Shown: positions 1 to 8,553 of the stretch, one piece after another
How positions within the stretch are numbered: position 1 is the first letter of the stretch
How the letters are laid out: each line of letters starts with the position of its first letter
Virus record (IMG/VR): IMGVR_UViG_3300025423_000018
Coordinates: 1 to 63,570 of that record
Origin: a virus
Taxonomy: Duplodnaviria; Caudoviricetes
Reading direction: 5' to 3' (one strand)
Length of the DNA stretch: 63,570 bases
Translations under genes and position numbers: made by a program
Notes under the pieces: generated by a model
Seen by the model: the letters and a program-made list of their open reading frames with translations, nothing else
What the model was told of the DNA's origin: nothing
Databases searched by the model: none

Positions 1-729
1 TGCTCCAACACCTGTCAAAGCAATCGTGACATTAGCACCAACTGTACCGACATTACCCTTCGCAGTTGCTGACCCCAGAGGAACCGACAAAGCTCCTACA
101 GCTCCAGTGGCATTATTGCCAGATAAAGCCTGACTTGGGTTTGCCGTAACCGATCCAACCGCACCAGATGCACCAACACCTGAGATGGCTATGGTCAAAT
201 TGGCCGCTACTGAACCGGGGGCTCCAATCGCTACGTTACCAATATCTCCATCGGTATTGTTGGCCACCATTGTGCCAACTGCACCCGCACCTTGAACGCC
301 AGAAATACTGGCCGACTTACCGGCTGAAACTGTACCTACAAACCCGCTTGCCAGAACTCCAGACAACGCCGTAGTGTTGCTGACAAGAACCGATCCTACG
401 CTACCACTCGCTCCTACACCAGATAGGGCGATTGTGATATTGACTGTTTGAGAACCTACTGCCCCAGTTGCCCCAACACCTGTCAAACTGACTGTGATAT
501 TGGATGAAACCGTTCCTGCGTTACCTGCGGCATTAACGCCACTTAAACTTTCAGTATCCGCCTCAGTAACCGACCCTACATTACCAGAAGCACCAACCCC
601 TGATAAAGCAATTGTGATATTTGGGGATGCAGTACCTACCGCACCAGAAGCAGCGTCACCTGTTAGTGGAAGACCACCATAACCCCAAGTGCCGTTACCC
701 CAAGGGCCACTGCCCCACCCAAATGACAT
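1..729 (-). CDS. Gly/Ser/Thr/Val-rich virion structural protein, N-terminal part (runs off window start)
   Basis: Not in ORF track. ATG at 729 after AGGTGAG; reads MSFGWGSGPWGNGTWGYGGLPLTGDAASGAVG with repeated LSGVGASGxVG units and appears open to base 1. Confidence 0.85.
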   Translation of the reverse strand, partial: MSFGWGSGPWGNGTWGYGGLPLTGDAASGAVGTASPNITIALSGVGASGNVGSVTEADTESLSGVNAAGNAGTVSSNITVSLTGVGATGAVGSQTVNITIALSGVGASGSVGSVLVSNTTALSGVLASGFVGTVSAGKSASISGVQGAGAVGTMVANNTDGDIGNVAIGAPGSVAANLTIAISGVGASGAVGSVTANPSQALSGNNATGAVGALSVPLGSATAKGNVGTVGANVTIALTGVGA

Positions 730-739
730 AACTCACCTA

Positions 740-1219
740 TTAGGTGGTAGACAAACGCAATAAAGCAGTTGTCGTTGTATTGGAAGGCATTGTCAAAGTG
801 AATGTACCAGCCGTGATGGTCTGTGAACCAAACGTATGAACTGAAACTGCCTTATTGCTCTGTGTTGAGTTATAGATCAAAACAGTATCAAACGCAGTAG
901 TTAAAGTCACTGTGGAGTAAACCAAGTTGGCTGAAGGCGTCCAGTAGCCAACACCAGCTGTAGATGAACTGTTGGTAGATGTTGGGTTGGTTGCATTCGT
1001 GACCGCAATACCGCCTGCCGTATAGCCTGTACCAGATACTTCGTTGGTTGCTGAGTATGCTGTTGTAGCCGCATTGATCGTAGCGGTTGTTACATACAAA
1101 GCTGCCTTGAATGTATCGGCAGTATTTGCTGTATGGGCGGGATTAGAAGAACTAAAGTTGTGCGTAGCGCTCAACAGTTCGCCTAAGAAAGAAGTGCACA
1201 TTGATTGAGTGTTAGCCAA
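740..1219 (-). CDS. Putative tail/virion structural protein
   Basis: Thr-rich beta-type 159 aa; paralog of 1418..1834 (TSF..EL, ALY, TTAYS..NE..GTGYTAGG); late operon. Confidence 0.7.
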   Translation of the reverse strand: MANTQSMCTSFLGELLSATHNFSSSNPAHTANTADTFKAALYVTTATINAATTAYSATNEVSGTGYTAGGIAVTNATNPTSTNSSSTAGVGYWTPSANLVYSTVTLTTAFDTVLIYNSTQSNKAVSVHTFGSQTITAGTFTLTMPSNTTTTALLRLSTT

Positions 1220-1229
1220 TTTAAGCTCC

Positions 1230-1421
1230 TTATGCCATTGATGCGGCGATTAAATCCATGAAAGGTGATTTCTTTAAAGTCACATGCGCTGAACGGTGCA
1301 CGAGCTCGCCATCCAACCAGTATTCAACCCATGTTGTGTACTCATTTTCATCGTCAACTACGCCTTCTTTTTTCTCAAGAAGGGAGTCATCCATATCGCC
1401 TTTGGTAGTTGTGACAATCAA
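1230..1421 (-). CDS. Hypothetical protein
   Basis: 63 aa ORF overlapping upstream stop; GGAG RBS. Confidence 0.7.
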   Translation of the reverse strand: MIVTTTKGDMDDSLLEKKEGVVDDENEYTTWVEYWLDGELVHRSAHVTLKKSPFMDLIAASMA

Positions 1422-1834
1422 TTTGAACTCCTAATTAATGCCGTTGTTGCAGAATTGACTGGCATTGTAATAGTGAAATTTGTTGCTGTCTTGTCAGAAC
1501 CAAAGTCGATTACGCAAATTGATTTATTACTCTTACTTTGGTTGTAAAGCAACCCGCATCTTGCCGTGAAGTTTGAATTAGGCCAGACTATGTTATTGAA
1601 ATTAACATAGGCTATATAACCTGACGTGTTAATCGTAGCCCCAGTGACTTGAATGCCCCCCGCTGTATATCCGGTACCCGTAATCTCATTGGCAGTGGAA
1701 TAAGCTGTTGTTAAGGGCCCCAAGTTAGCATAACCTGTGTAAAGCGCCATGTACAGAGTATCCGTTAAAAGATCATGTACCCCTTGATAGAGCTCAGCTT
1801 TAAACGATGTGGTTTGTGTTTGGATTATGCTCAT
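1418..1834 (-). CDS. Putative tail/virion structural protein (paralog of 740..1219)
   Basis: 138 aa, ATGA-coupled to upstream gene. Confidence 0.7.
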   Translation of the reverse strand: MSIIQTQTTSFKAELYQGVHDLLTDTLYMALYTGYANLGPLTTAYSTANEITGTGYTAGGIQVTGATINTSGYIAYVNFNNIVWPNSNFTARCGLLYNQSKSNKSICVIDFGSDKTATNFTITMPVNSATTALIRSSN

Positions 1835-2730
1835 GATACAGCCACCCTAACTTGCCCATCACGATAAGCATCCATACGGAGCTTGCCATCGCCCAAATTC
1901 TTGAGAAGAGCAATAGATTGTGTGTATCGATCTTTGTATAACGCTTGCATGTCAGCATCGCCTTTAGTATATGTAACTGCTTCATACAAAACACCATTTA
2001 ACAAAGCTGAATCAAAATTATCACCAAGCCAAGTTTCACCATATTGATTATTAATGGTTGTTACAGTAATGGCTACAGTTCCACCTGTAATTGCCGCTGT
2101 TAATGAGTCCCCAACGGCATAATAGCACCCTTTGGATACAAGGGTAACTGAAGTTACAATCCCGCCCGAAACAACAATAGTGGCACTAGCACTATTGCCA
2201 GTACCGCCAGACAAGCTAACATTGTAATAAGTACCATTTGTAAACCCTGATCCAGCCGTGAAACTAACAGAAGCGATAGCTGCTTGAATAATCGATGTTG
2301 GGTAATAGTAGTAGTGCAGTTCGGCCGTATACGCCATATTTGGCGTTGGCCCAAGAATCAATGTTAGCTCAGCTTCATTATTAGATTGGGGGCCAAAAAT
2401 AGCATAATGCTTAGGTTGCCCCGTGGCATTTGGGTTGGGGTATGCCTCACGAATAAAGTTTACATCTTTATTCAACAAGTACAAGTAATTACCACTTGAA
2501 CCATTAACAGGGAATACAGCTAACGAATATACTGATAAAAAATCAGCAGGGCATGATAGATATTGATTACCTGAAGTAATAGTACCTGTCACATTTCTAC
2601 GCAAACTGGGCAACTGCACTGTGTTATAGATGCGTTGTTCCGTCTGCTCAATCATGCGATTGAGATCAATTGTAGGGAAATTATTCTCTACATAGTCATT
2701 AACGGCAGTGACAAGTTCGCTGTAATACAT
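1831..2730 (-). CDS. Putative head-tail adaptor / tail tubular protein with Ser/Thr-rich beta insert
   Basis: Helical N-terminus, LSCPADFL, YPNP..TGQPKHYA, LILGPTP, LHYYYYP, WLGDNFDSALL pattern typical of podovirus adaptors; context. Confidence 0.6.
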   Translation of the reverse strand: MYYSELVTAVNDYVENNFPTIDLNRMIEQTEQRIYNTVQLPSLRRNVTGTITSGNQYLSCPADFLSVYSLAVFPVNGSSGNYLYLLNKDVNFIREAYPNPNATGQPKHYAIFGPQSNNEAELTLILGPTPNMAYTAELHYYYYPTSIIQAAIASVSFTAGSGFTNGTYYNVSLSGGTGNSASATIVVSGGIVTSVTLVSKGCYYAVGDSLTAAITGGTVAITVTTINNQYGETWLGDNFDSALLNGVLYEAVTYTKGDADMQALYKDRYTQSIALLKNLGDGKLRMDAYRDGQVRVAVS

Positions 2731-3035
2731 TACGCCATTGGCCCTCTAGCCATCCTACCTTTTGTTTGCGCAGATGTACCACGTACAACAATACCAGAAG
2801 TCTTTGTTGGTGGGTATTCATTGCTACGGCTGTTTGCCACAGATACGTTGGCGTTACGCAAATACTCTTTGTTACTTTCCACACCAGCATGAACGCTAGT
2901 AACACTTACGGGTTTATCATCCATAGTATGTGGGGGCGCGTATTCAGAGGCTGGGCCGTTGAATTTTTTTGCTGGTTTATGAATAGCAGGGCTATTCTTT
3001 TTGGTTGGTTTGACTTGAGTTGCCATATTAACCAC
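2730..3035 (-). CDS. Small basic hypothetical (putative internal) protein
   Basis: 101 aa Lys/Pro-rich; ends RGTSAQTKGRMARGPMA. Confidence 0.7.
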   Translation of the reverse strand: MVNMATQVKPTKKNSPAIHKPAKKFNGPASEYAPPHTMDDKPVSVTSVHAGVESNKEYLRNANVSVANSRSNEYPPTKTSGIVVRGTSAQTKGRMARGPMA

Positions 3036-3255
3036 CTCTGCCAGAAGAACGCTGATTTATGACCTTGGCCATGTTGCGTCCATGCTTTAGCATGTCGGCG
3101 TTGGTTTTACCACCCGCAGCCATTTTGTGAACCTTGCCACCTTTTTTGAGCTTGCTCAAATCAGTATGACTGCCTTTGTGCTCTTGTTTGTCATGCATTT
3201 TGAAAGCCTTTTTGATCAACTTTTTATCTTCTTGAACATCATCATGTTTAGCCAT
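3028..3255 (-). CDS. Small basic protein with x-x-x-GG motifs
   Basis: 75 aa; LKKGGKV, MAAGGKT; GGAG RBS. Confidence 0.75.
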   Translation of the reverse strand: MAKHDDVQEDKKLIKKAFKMHDKQEHKGSHTDLSKLKKGGKVHKMAAGGKTNADMLKHGRNMAKVINQRSSGRGG

Positions 3256-3257
3256 TT

Positions 3258-3692
3258 TTAACTCCCTGTAATAGTCACCGTGCCCACATACGTTGTTGCA
3301 ACCAAATAATTAGGTGTTAACCCCGTATCAAAATTTCTTGCCCCACCAATAGGATTCCAACCCCATTGGGTATCTCTCGAACCGCCTGCCGGTGTGCCTT
3401 GACCTATAACTGTATAGTCATTCGGATTGACTGAATCCACCTGCAAGCCCGTGGTTCCAGACGCTTCATAAGACAAATCGGGCCTTGGTTGCCTAACTGC
3501 CTGCGGATCATCAACTGGATACATACCCAATTGAAGTTGCGGCTGATCAGGATCCCAGCACTCAGGACAAACTTTCAGTTGATATAGTTTAGTCTTAATG
3601 ACCTCCATTTTCAACTGTTTTAATTTATACCGTTGGCCACATCGATCACACTCGGCAATCGAGTATTTACCTGATGCAAACCTATTACCCAC
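3258..3692 (-). CDS. Zn-ribbon-containing late protein
   Basis: CDRC...CPEC, WDPDQPQL, AVRQPRPD. Confidence 0.7.
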   Translation of the reverse strand: MGNRFASGKYSIAECDRCGQRYKLKQLKMEVIKTKLYQLKVCPECWDPDQPQLQLGMYPVDDPQAVRQPRPDLSYEASGTTGLQVDSVNPNDYTVIGQGTPAGGSRDTQWGWNPIGGARNFDTGLTPNYLVATTYVGTVTITGS

Positions 3693-4678
3693 TAGGTTCC
3701 CCCACCAATAAACATTTGTCTAGGCACAAAACGGATCGCAGCTTTTTCTCGATCTTCACCTGCGGCCAGTTCAAATTGTTCGTCGTAGGCTTGTTTAAGC
3801 ATCTGTATTCTGGGCATCAACTCAGGCACTTTCATTGCGATATGGTAAGCCAAACCAGCGGCTACCACAGGCAAAAACCTGAAAGTCATATCTCCAGTTT
3901 CTATGCCAGTTCCTGCGTCCTGTATCCTGCGCATACGCCAGTAAACAAACGTATACGTTGTTGAACCATCAGGCGTTGGCCACACAGTGATGGCTGGAAT
4001 TTGCGGGATGTACACGGCTGTGGTTGTGCCACCTCCAGTGTATGCAGTGGCTGTTGTGTTGTTTTGACCTCTAAAACAATTACCTAGGGTATTCCCTGAT
4101 ATGTAAGAGTAATAAATAATTTCACCAGATGTAGATCCAAGTTGTATATACCCTTGGGCTGCCATATCGTACGTACTGGTAAGTGTGATTGACGTATCGG
4201 TTGCACTAATACTATTTGCAAGATAAACCTGCACGGGCTGAGCATTAGAGCCCGGAATGGGGGATGCGTAAAGCGGATTTGTTTCGCCAGAATTTCTTTG
4301 CACCAAAACCTGAATAGGTCTTGCTTGCGTTAATTTATTTGGGATAGTGGCATACGTACTGACACTAATGCGGGTGATGTTTAAGTCAGCTTGGTTGCTC
4401 GTGCTATTAGCATTTGTACGTATAACATGATCTAACAGATCAACGGTATCAGGTGGGATTGGGTAAGTATTTAAACCCTGAACAAAAGTAATGGACTGCT
4501 GTTGGATAGTCCACATGTTAATGCCACGGTTCGACCATTCAATGGTCATTAGGTTCATTGACCTGCGTGCAGTACGCAAGTCATAGCCCGTGCGCATCTC
4601 ACGACCGGCACGCTCCCACGCTTCCTCGGCTAAGTCCGTGAAGTCAAGGTCGAATGCAGAGGTGCCGGAAGTACTCAT
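3692..4678 (-). CDS. Putative tail tubular/adaptor protein
   Basis: EEAWERAG, TARRSMNL, EWSNRGINMWT, WPTPD, RFLP..AAGLAY; Thr-rich insert; late context. Confidence 0.6.
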   Translation of the reverse strand: MSTSGTSAFDLDFTDLAEEAWERAGREMRTGYDLRTARRSMNLMTIEWSNRGINMWTIQQQSITFVQGLNTYPIPPDTVDLLDHVIRTNANSTSNQADLNITRISVSTYATIPNKLTQARPIQVLVQRNSGETNPLYASPIPGSNAQPVQVYLANSISATDTSITLTSTYDMAAQGYIQLGSTSGEIIYYSYISGNTLGNCFRGQNNTTATAYTGGGTTTAVYIPQIPAITVWPTPDGSTTYTFVYWRMRRIQDAGTGIETGDMTFRFLPVVAAGLAYHIAMKVPELMPRIQMLKQAYDEQFELAAGEDREKAAIRFVPRQMFIGGGT

Positions 4679-4941
4679 TGTGCGGGGGCCTCAGTAGCTA
4701 CTGGAGTTTCAACTACCGGCTCTACTTCTTCTGGTGCTTCAACAACAGGATCAGCAGGAGTATCAACGACAACAGGTGCAGGATCCTCAGCGGGTGCTGG
4801 AAGACAGCTTTCTAAACCATTGATGATATCCAAAAGTCTATCTTCAACGTGACCATTTGCCATGAGTTGGTGTGTTGCTCTGATATCTAATTCGTCGATT
4901 AGAAATTCAAGATTATTTTGGAGAAAATCAGGTAAGCTCAT
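4675..4941 (-). CDS. Hypothetical acidic protein with Pro/Ala/Glu tail
   Basis: 88 aa; ATGA overlaps. Confidence 0.7.
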   Translation of the reverse strand: MSLPDFLQNNLEFLIDELDIRATHQLMANGHVEDRLLDIINGLESCLPAPAEDPAPVVVDTPADPVVEAPEEVEPVVETPVATEAPAQ

Positions 4942-5185
4942 TTTGCTGCTCTCATATTGTCAATTAAATTAGGGTAGGGCCTACCTGCTTTTTAGCCGCT
5001 GCTTTTGCTTTGGCTTTCTTAGCAGGGCTAAGCTTTTTGTGCTTTTTGGCTGGGTTAGGGGTATCCCACACCTCACCACCGTGCTTGTACAGCGACACAT
5101 CGTTTGGATGATCCTTACGATGTATTATCTTTTTACCCGGCATCTTTGACGGGTTCATGACGCCCATACCACGGCTCGCCATCAT
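4938..5185 (-). pseudogene. Small basic protein with apparent 1-nt frameshift near 4989-4993
   Basis: MMASRGMG...KAKAAAKK in one frame; the -1 frame continues AGRPYPNLIDNMRAAK-stop, whose TGA overlaps the ATG of the next gene. Confidence 0.6.
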
Positions 5186-5379
5186 TACATTTTTCCCCCG
5201 CCACATGCGCACTTGGTATGCCCTTTACGAGCAATACCGTCAGCACGGTGATGTGGAGAAGCCATTCCACCCTTTTTCATGCCCGGCATAGCCCCAGCAG
5301 GGGCTGCCATAGGCGCAGCAGGAGCCATGGGAGCAGCCATTGGCGCTCTCATCATAGGTCTACGCATTAGTGCTCTCAT
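5185..5379 (-). CDS. Small Met/Ala/Pro-rich basic protein
   Basis: AGGAG RBS; MKKGG and RADGIARKGHT motifs. Confidence 0.75.
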   Translation of the reverse strand: MRALMRRPMMRAPMAAPMAPAAPMAAPAGAMPGMKKGGMASPHHRADGIARKGHTKCACGGGKM

Positions 5380-5396
5380 TTTTTGCTCCTAGGGGC

Positions 5397-5741
5397 TTAT
5401 TTGTGGCCGTGTTTGTGCATTTTTTCGACGTGTTCATGGTGATGAACGTGTCCGCCATGCTTCATGTGGTGACCATCATGGTGTTTTAGGTGTTTTTCCA
5501 CGTGTTCATGGTGATGAATGTGGCCACCGTGAGCGTGATGATGTCCCTCATGCTCTTTCATGTGGTGTGCAACGTGCTCATGGTGGTGTTTTACGTGTCC
5601 ACCGTGCTTCATACCGTGAACATGGTGGTGTTCTTCGGGATGGGGATGCTGAACATGGTGCAATTCGGTCTTTCCGTGGTGTTTTGTACCACCGCTATGG
5701 AAAGGATGCTTGTGGTCGGCGATGTGATCGTGATGTTTCAT
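5397..5741 (-). CDS. Histidine-rich protein (~40% His)
   Basis: 114 aa; repeated MKHGGHV.HHHEHV units; AAGGA RBS; in operon orientation. Confidence 0.8.
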   Translation of the reverse strand: MKHHDHIADHKHPFHSGGTKHHGKTELHHVQHPHPEEHHHVHGMKHGGHVKHHHEHVAHHMKEHEGHHHAHGGHIHHHEHVEKHLKHHDGHHMKHGGHVHHHEHVEKMHKHGHK

Positions 5742-5750
5742 GATGTTTCC

Positions 5751-6236
5751 TTACTTTTTATGGTGGGTTTTACCACCGTGCTTCATACCCAAGGGCTTAC
5801 CTGCACCCATTTTAGGCTCCATAGCACGTGTATGGCCCTTTTTCTGGATGCTGTGCTCACCATGTTTGAGCTTGCCGCCCACTTCAGCCTTGCCCATCTT
5901 AGCAGTTGTCATACCGCTTTTCTCAGCAACGCCATGCTTACCAGTGGTCATGCCACCAGAAGCCATTTTTTTAACATGATGCTTAGCGTGACCGCCGTGC
6001 TTCATGCCTTTTGCCTCAGAACGCTCTTCTTTAGCGAGCTTTTCGAGGGTCTTTGCTTGACGCAACTCTTTAGTTTTTTCCGATTTCATAGTTCCACCTT
6101 GTTTAAATGTGCGGCCTTTGTCCGCTTTACTGAACTCTTGCCCCACATTTTGAGGGACTCCTGCTTTCTTGGCGAACGCTGGGGAATGAGCGACCGCCTG
6201 CATAAAATTATGCTGCTTCTTCGATACACTCGGCAT
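5751..6236 (-). CDS. Small basic protein with multiple GG motifs
   Basis: 161 aa; FKQGG, MKHGG x2, MASGG; AGGAG RBS. Confidence 0.8.
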   Translation of the reverse strand: MPSVSKKQHNFMQAVAHSPAFAKKAGVPQNVGQEFSKADKGRTFKQGGTMKSEKTKELRQAKTLEKLAKEERSEAKGMKHGGHAKHHVKKMASGGMTTGKHGVAEKSGMTTAKMGKAEVGGKLKHGEHSIQKKGHTRAMEPKMGAGKPLGMKHGGKTHHKK

Positions 6237-6708
6237 GACGTCTCCTAAGAAATTCTTTGCGCCAATTACAATTTTTGCAGAGTAATTGATAGCGTTGTTT
6301 ATCTATACCTTTTGCCCTAAGAATTGAAACAACATTTTTTCTTTTTGCTTCTTTTCTTTCTTTCGCACCATCATTATGTATGTGATCTATGTCCAACACA
6401 ATAGGATCATTTTCACCACAATGATTACATTCCCCACCCAACTCTTTGATTATTTCAAGCCTTTTTTCTTGCCTCCAATCGTTAGAGTATGCATCAAGTC
6501 TTTGTCGATGTTTTTCATAATACTCTTTTCGATATTTTGCTTTTTCTTCTTTTGTTAATTTTGGCTTACTTGAATAATAATTTTTAATAGCACAAATTCT
6601 ACAGCGATAGTTCAAATGTCTTTCACGATTAACTTCATACTTATTAAAAGTTTTTTCTTTCTGACAATCTAAACAATTCACCGTTAAATCTGAGCTAGTT
6701 GATGGCAT
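6208..6708 (-). CDS. Free-standing HNH homing endonuclease
   Basis: CLDC/CRIC Zn motifs, CNHC..LDIDHIHNDG..YQLLCKNCN; AT-rich relative to neighbours. Confidence 0.85.
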   Translation of the reverse strand: MPSTSSDLTVNCLDCQKEKTFNKYEVNRERHLNYRCRICAIKNYYSSKPKLTKEEKAKYRKEYYEKHRQRLDAYSNDWRQEKRLEIIKELGGECNHCGENDPIVLDIDHIHNDGAKERKEAKRKNVVSILRAKGIDKQRYQLLCKNCNWRKEFLRRRHAECIEEAA

Positions 6709-6940
6709 GGTTACTCTCCATTAACCTATCAATTTTGCTTTCCAACCTGTCCAGTCGATCCAACACACGGTTGATATCGGCATGAACTTCTGCCTTGGTT
6801 ACATACTCTTTCGCCATTTCTTCGCGTGTACGATTGAGCAAAATAGTTACCCGTTGCAATTCTGCGGACTTCTCTCTCAATACCCAGCCTAAAAGCGCGA
6901 CAAGCAAGGAGAGAACTGCATTCCATATTGGCGTGTCCAT
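6695..6940 (-). CDS. Small membrane-anchored coiled-coil protein
   Basis: N-terminal TM (IWNAVLSLLVALLGWVL), YVTK.E, LDRLESKIDRL. Confidence 0.75.
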   Translation of the reverse strand: MDTPIWNAVLSLLVALLGWVLREKSAELQRVTILLNRTREEMAKEYVTKAEVHADINRVLDRLDRLESKIDRLMESNHAIN

Positions 6941-7524
6941 TAGTGTTTATCTCCACGATACCGCGTATGCCCTCTTTGTGCAATACCGTCAGCACGTTTA
7001 GATGCGTGAACTCGACCACCACGTTTCAACATGTTATCGGCGCTTGGCTCTTTGGGGGGCCCAACATCATCTCTAATATCTGGGCCGTAGTCTTTTTCCT
7101 CTTTCATTTGAGGAGCGGGCTCAGCAGATACGGTTGTTCTAGATACTGAACGTTTAACAGGCTTTTTATCCAAATCGCCACGATCAATACGGGACTGGGC
7201 ATCTTTGGTCAACGTGACTCTTTCGCCGGATGTAGCTGCTTTTGCAGCCATGTCACCAAGCCCAGATTTATCAACCATCTTTTTGCCAATACCTGTGGCT
7301 TCATCGAGCGCACGGCCAGCATCATATCCAGTTTGAAGTGAGGCCCCAGCCAATCCTGCTCGGCCAAGTAAACGACTAGCGGCACGACTGCCAGCTTCTT
7401 TCACTGCATCAACTGCAGCACCTCTAAGTTTGGAAGTATCTTTGACGACTTTACGTGCGTCTTCCATGCTGCTTTTTGCAACATCATCGTTGAACTTAGG
7501 TACTCTATCCCATTTAGTTGCCAT
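6940..7524 (-). CDS. Basic putative internal virion protein
   Basis: 194 aa; C-terminal LKRGG and RADGIAQRGHT motifs. Confidence 0.7.
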   Translation of the reverse strand: MATKWDRVPKFNDDVAKSSMEDARKVVKDTSKLRGAAVDAVKEAGSRAASRLLGRAGLAGASLQTGYDAGRALDEATGIGKKMVDKSGLGDMAAKAATSGERVTLTKDAQSRIDRGDLDKKPVKRSVSRTTVSAEPAPQMKEEKDYGPDIRDDVGPPKEPSADNMLKRGGRVHASKRADGIAQRGHTRYRGDKH

Positions 7525-7531
7525 GATTACC

Positions 7532-7777
7532 TCAACACTTCCAAGCTCTCAAAGACTTATTAATCCTGCTGTTTGGATCGTTTGCTGTCTTTGATGAAGT
7601 TAATTTCTTTTTCATCCCGCTCATGCGCGCGCAGAAGCTTTTCTTCCTTGATCCGCCCTCTGGTTGGGGAGCTTTTAAATTCATCCCCTCCTTCTTTGCG
7701 GATGCCCGGCCTTTGGCGTTTAAGCCGCCGTTCGGATTCTTCCCTTCTTTGCGCTGCCATGCGGGTGACTTAGCCAT
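7532..7777 (-). CDS. Small basic late protein
   Basis: 81 aa; GGLNAKGRAS, RKKSFCARM, SLRAWKC. Confidence 0.75.
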   Translation of the reverse strand: MAKSPAWQRKEGKNPNGGLNAKGRASAKKEGMNLKAPQPEGGSRKKSFCARMSGMKKKLTSSKTANDPNSRINKSLRAWKC

Positions 7778-7779
7778 GA

Positions 7780-8553
7780 TTAGGTGTTCCCAGAATCTAC
7801 GTTAAAGATCTGATAACCTTCAACCACAATACCAGCAGCTACGGTTCCTGTACTTGCTTTCAATTGCCATTGAATATCAGTCCTTGGGCCAAACTTGAAT
7901 GGGATTGTTTTGGTCACAATGAAGTTATTGATGAATGGCTCTTGCAAAACACTTAATTGAACACCGGTTGCATTGTTGTACGCCACAGCTTGATAAGTCA
8001 AAGTTGTAGACGATGTGTATGCGTTATTGGTGTTGATGGTGATTTGCGTAAAGTCATATTCTGAGTTGTTGGGCACAGAATAAACAGCCATTTGACTTTT
8101 GCCAATACCTGCATTGATATAAGCGTACACACTGCTATTTGAAGCAGTGGCGGTGATCTGGCCTACGTTTGTTTTTTGACCAGAACCGGGAGTGGTTAGT
8201 GTCAATCCATTGATGCGTAAATACTTGCCAACGGTTGTACCACTTGGTGTTGAAGTTGTCATAAGCACTTGCTCAGACAATACGTTGTAGTTTGCGTCCA
8301 GTCCAGTCACTAACACCACTGCATTTTGATCTGATGCAGAAGCGCTAGCAATTGTGAATGTAGAAGCAGTTGTTAGGTATGCAGGATATGCAGAAGTTAC
8401 TTCCCAAATTGGGATAAAACTTGTACCGATAGAGGGCTGGTAACCAAAAATGTTAACGCCATTATGAAACCCAATTTGCCCACGGGCAACTTGCAACTCA
8501 AAAGGCTCATACCTTCCTTGTTGCGTAATCGATTTAGCCTTTGGTGTAGCCAT
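7780..8553 (-). CDS. Putative virion structural protein (beta-rich)
   Basis: 257 aa Thr/Ser-rich; AAGGAG RBS; late operon. Confidence 0.65.
   Translation of the reverse strand: MATPKAKSITQQGRYEPFELQVARGQIGFHNGVNIFGYQPSIGTSFIPIWEVTSAYPAYLTTASTFTIASASASDQNAVVLVTGLDANYNVLSEQVLMTTSTPSGTTVGKYLRINGLTLTTPGSGQKTNVGQITATASNSSVYAYINAGIGKSQMAVYSVPNNSEYDFTQITINTNNAYTSSTTLTYQAVAYNNATGVQLSVLQEPFINNFIVTKTIPFKFGPRTDIQWQLKASTGTVAAGIVVEGYQIFNVDSGNT

Noticed and set aside
2217-2227. TAACATTGTAA near-match to the early palindrome in a late gene
   Set aside because: One mismatch, isolated and compatible with chance
5490-6248. 252-aa plus-strand ORF rich in Met/Val/Phe
   Set aside because: Antisense shadow of His/Lys-rich minus-strand genes; no RBS or operon context
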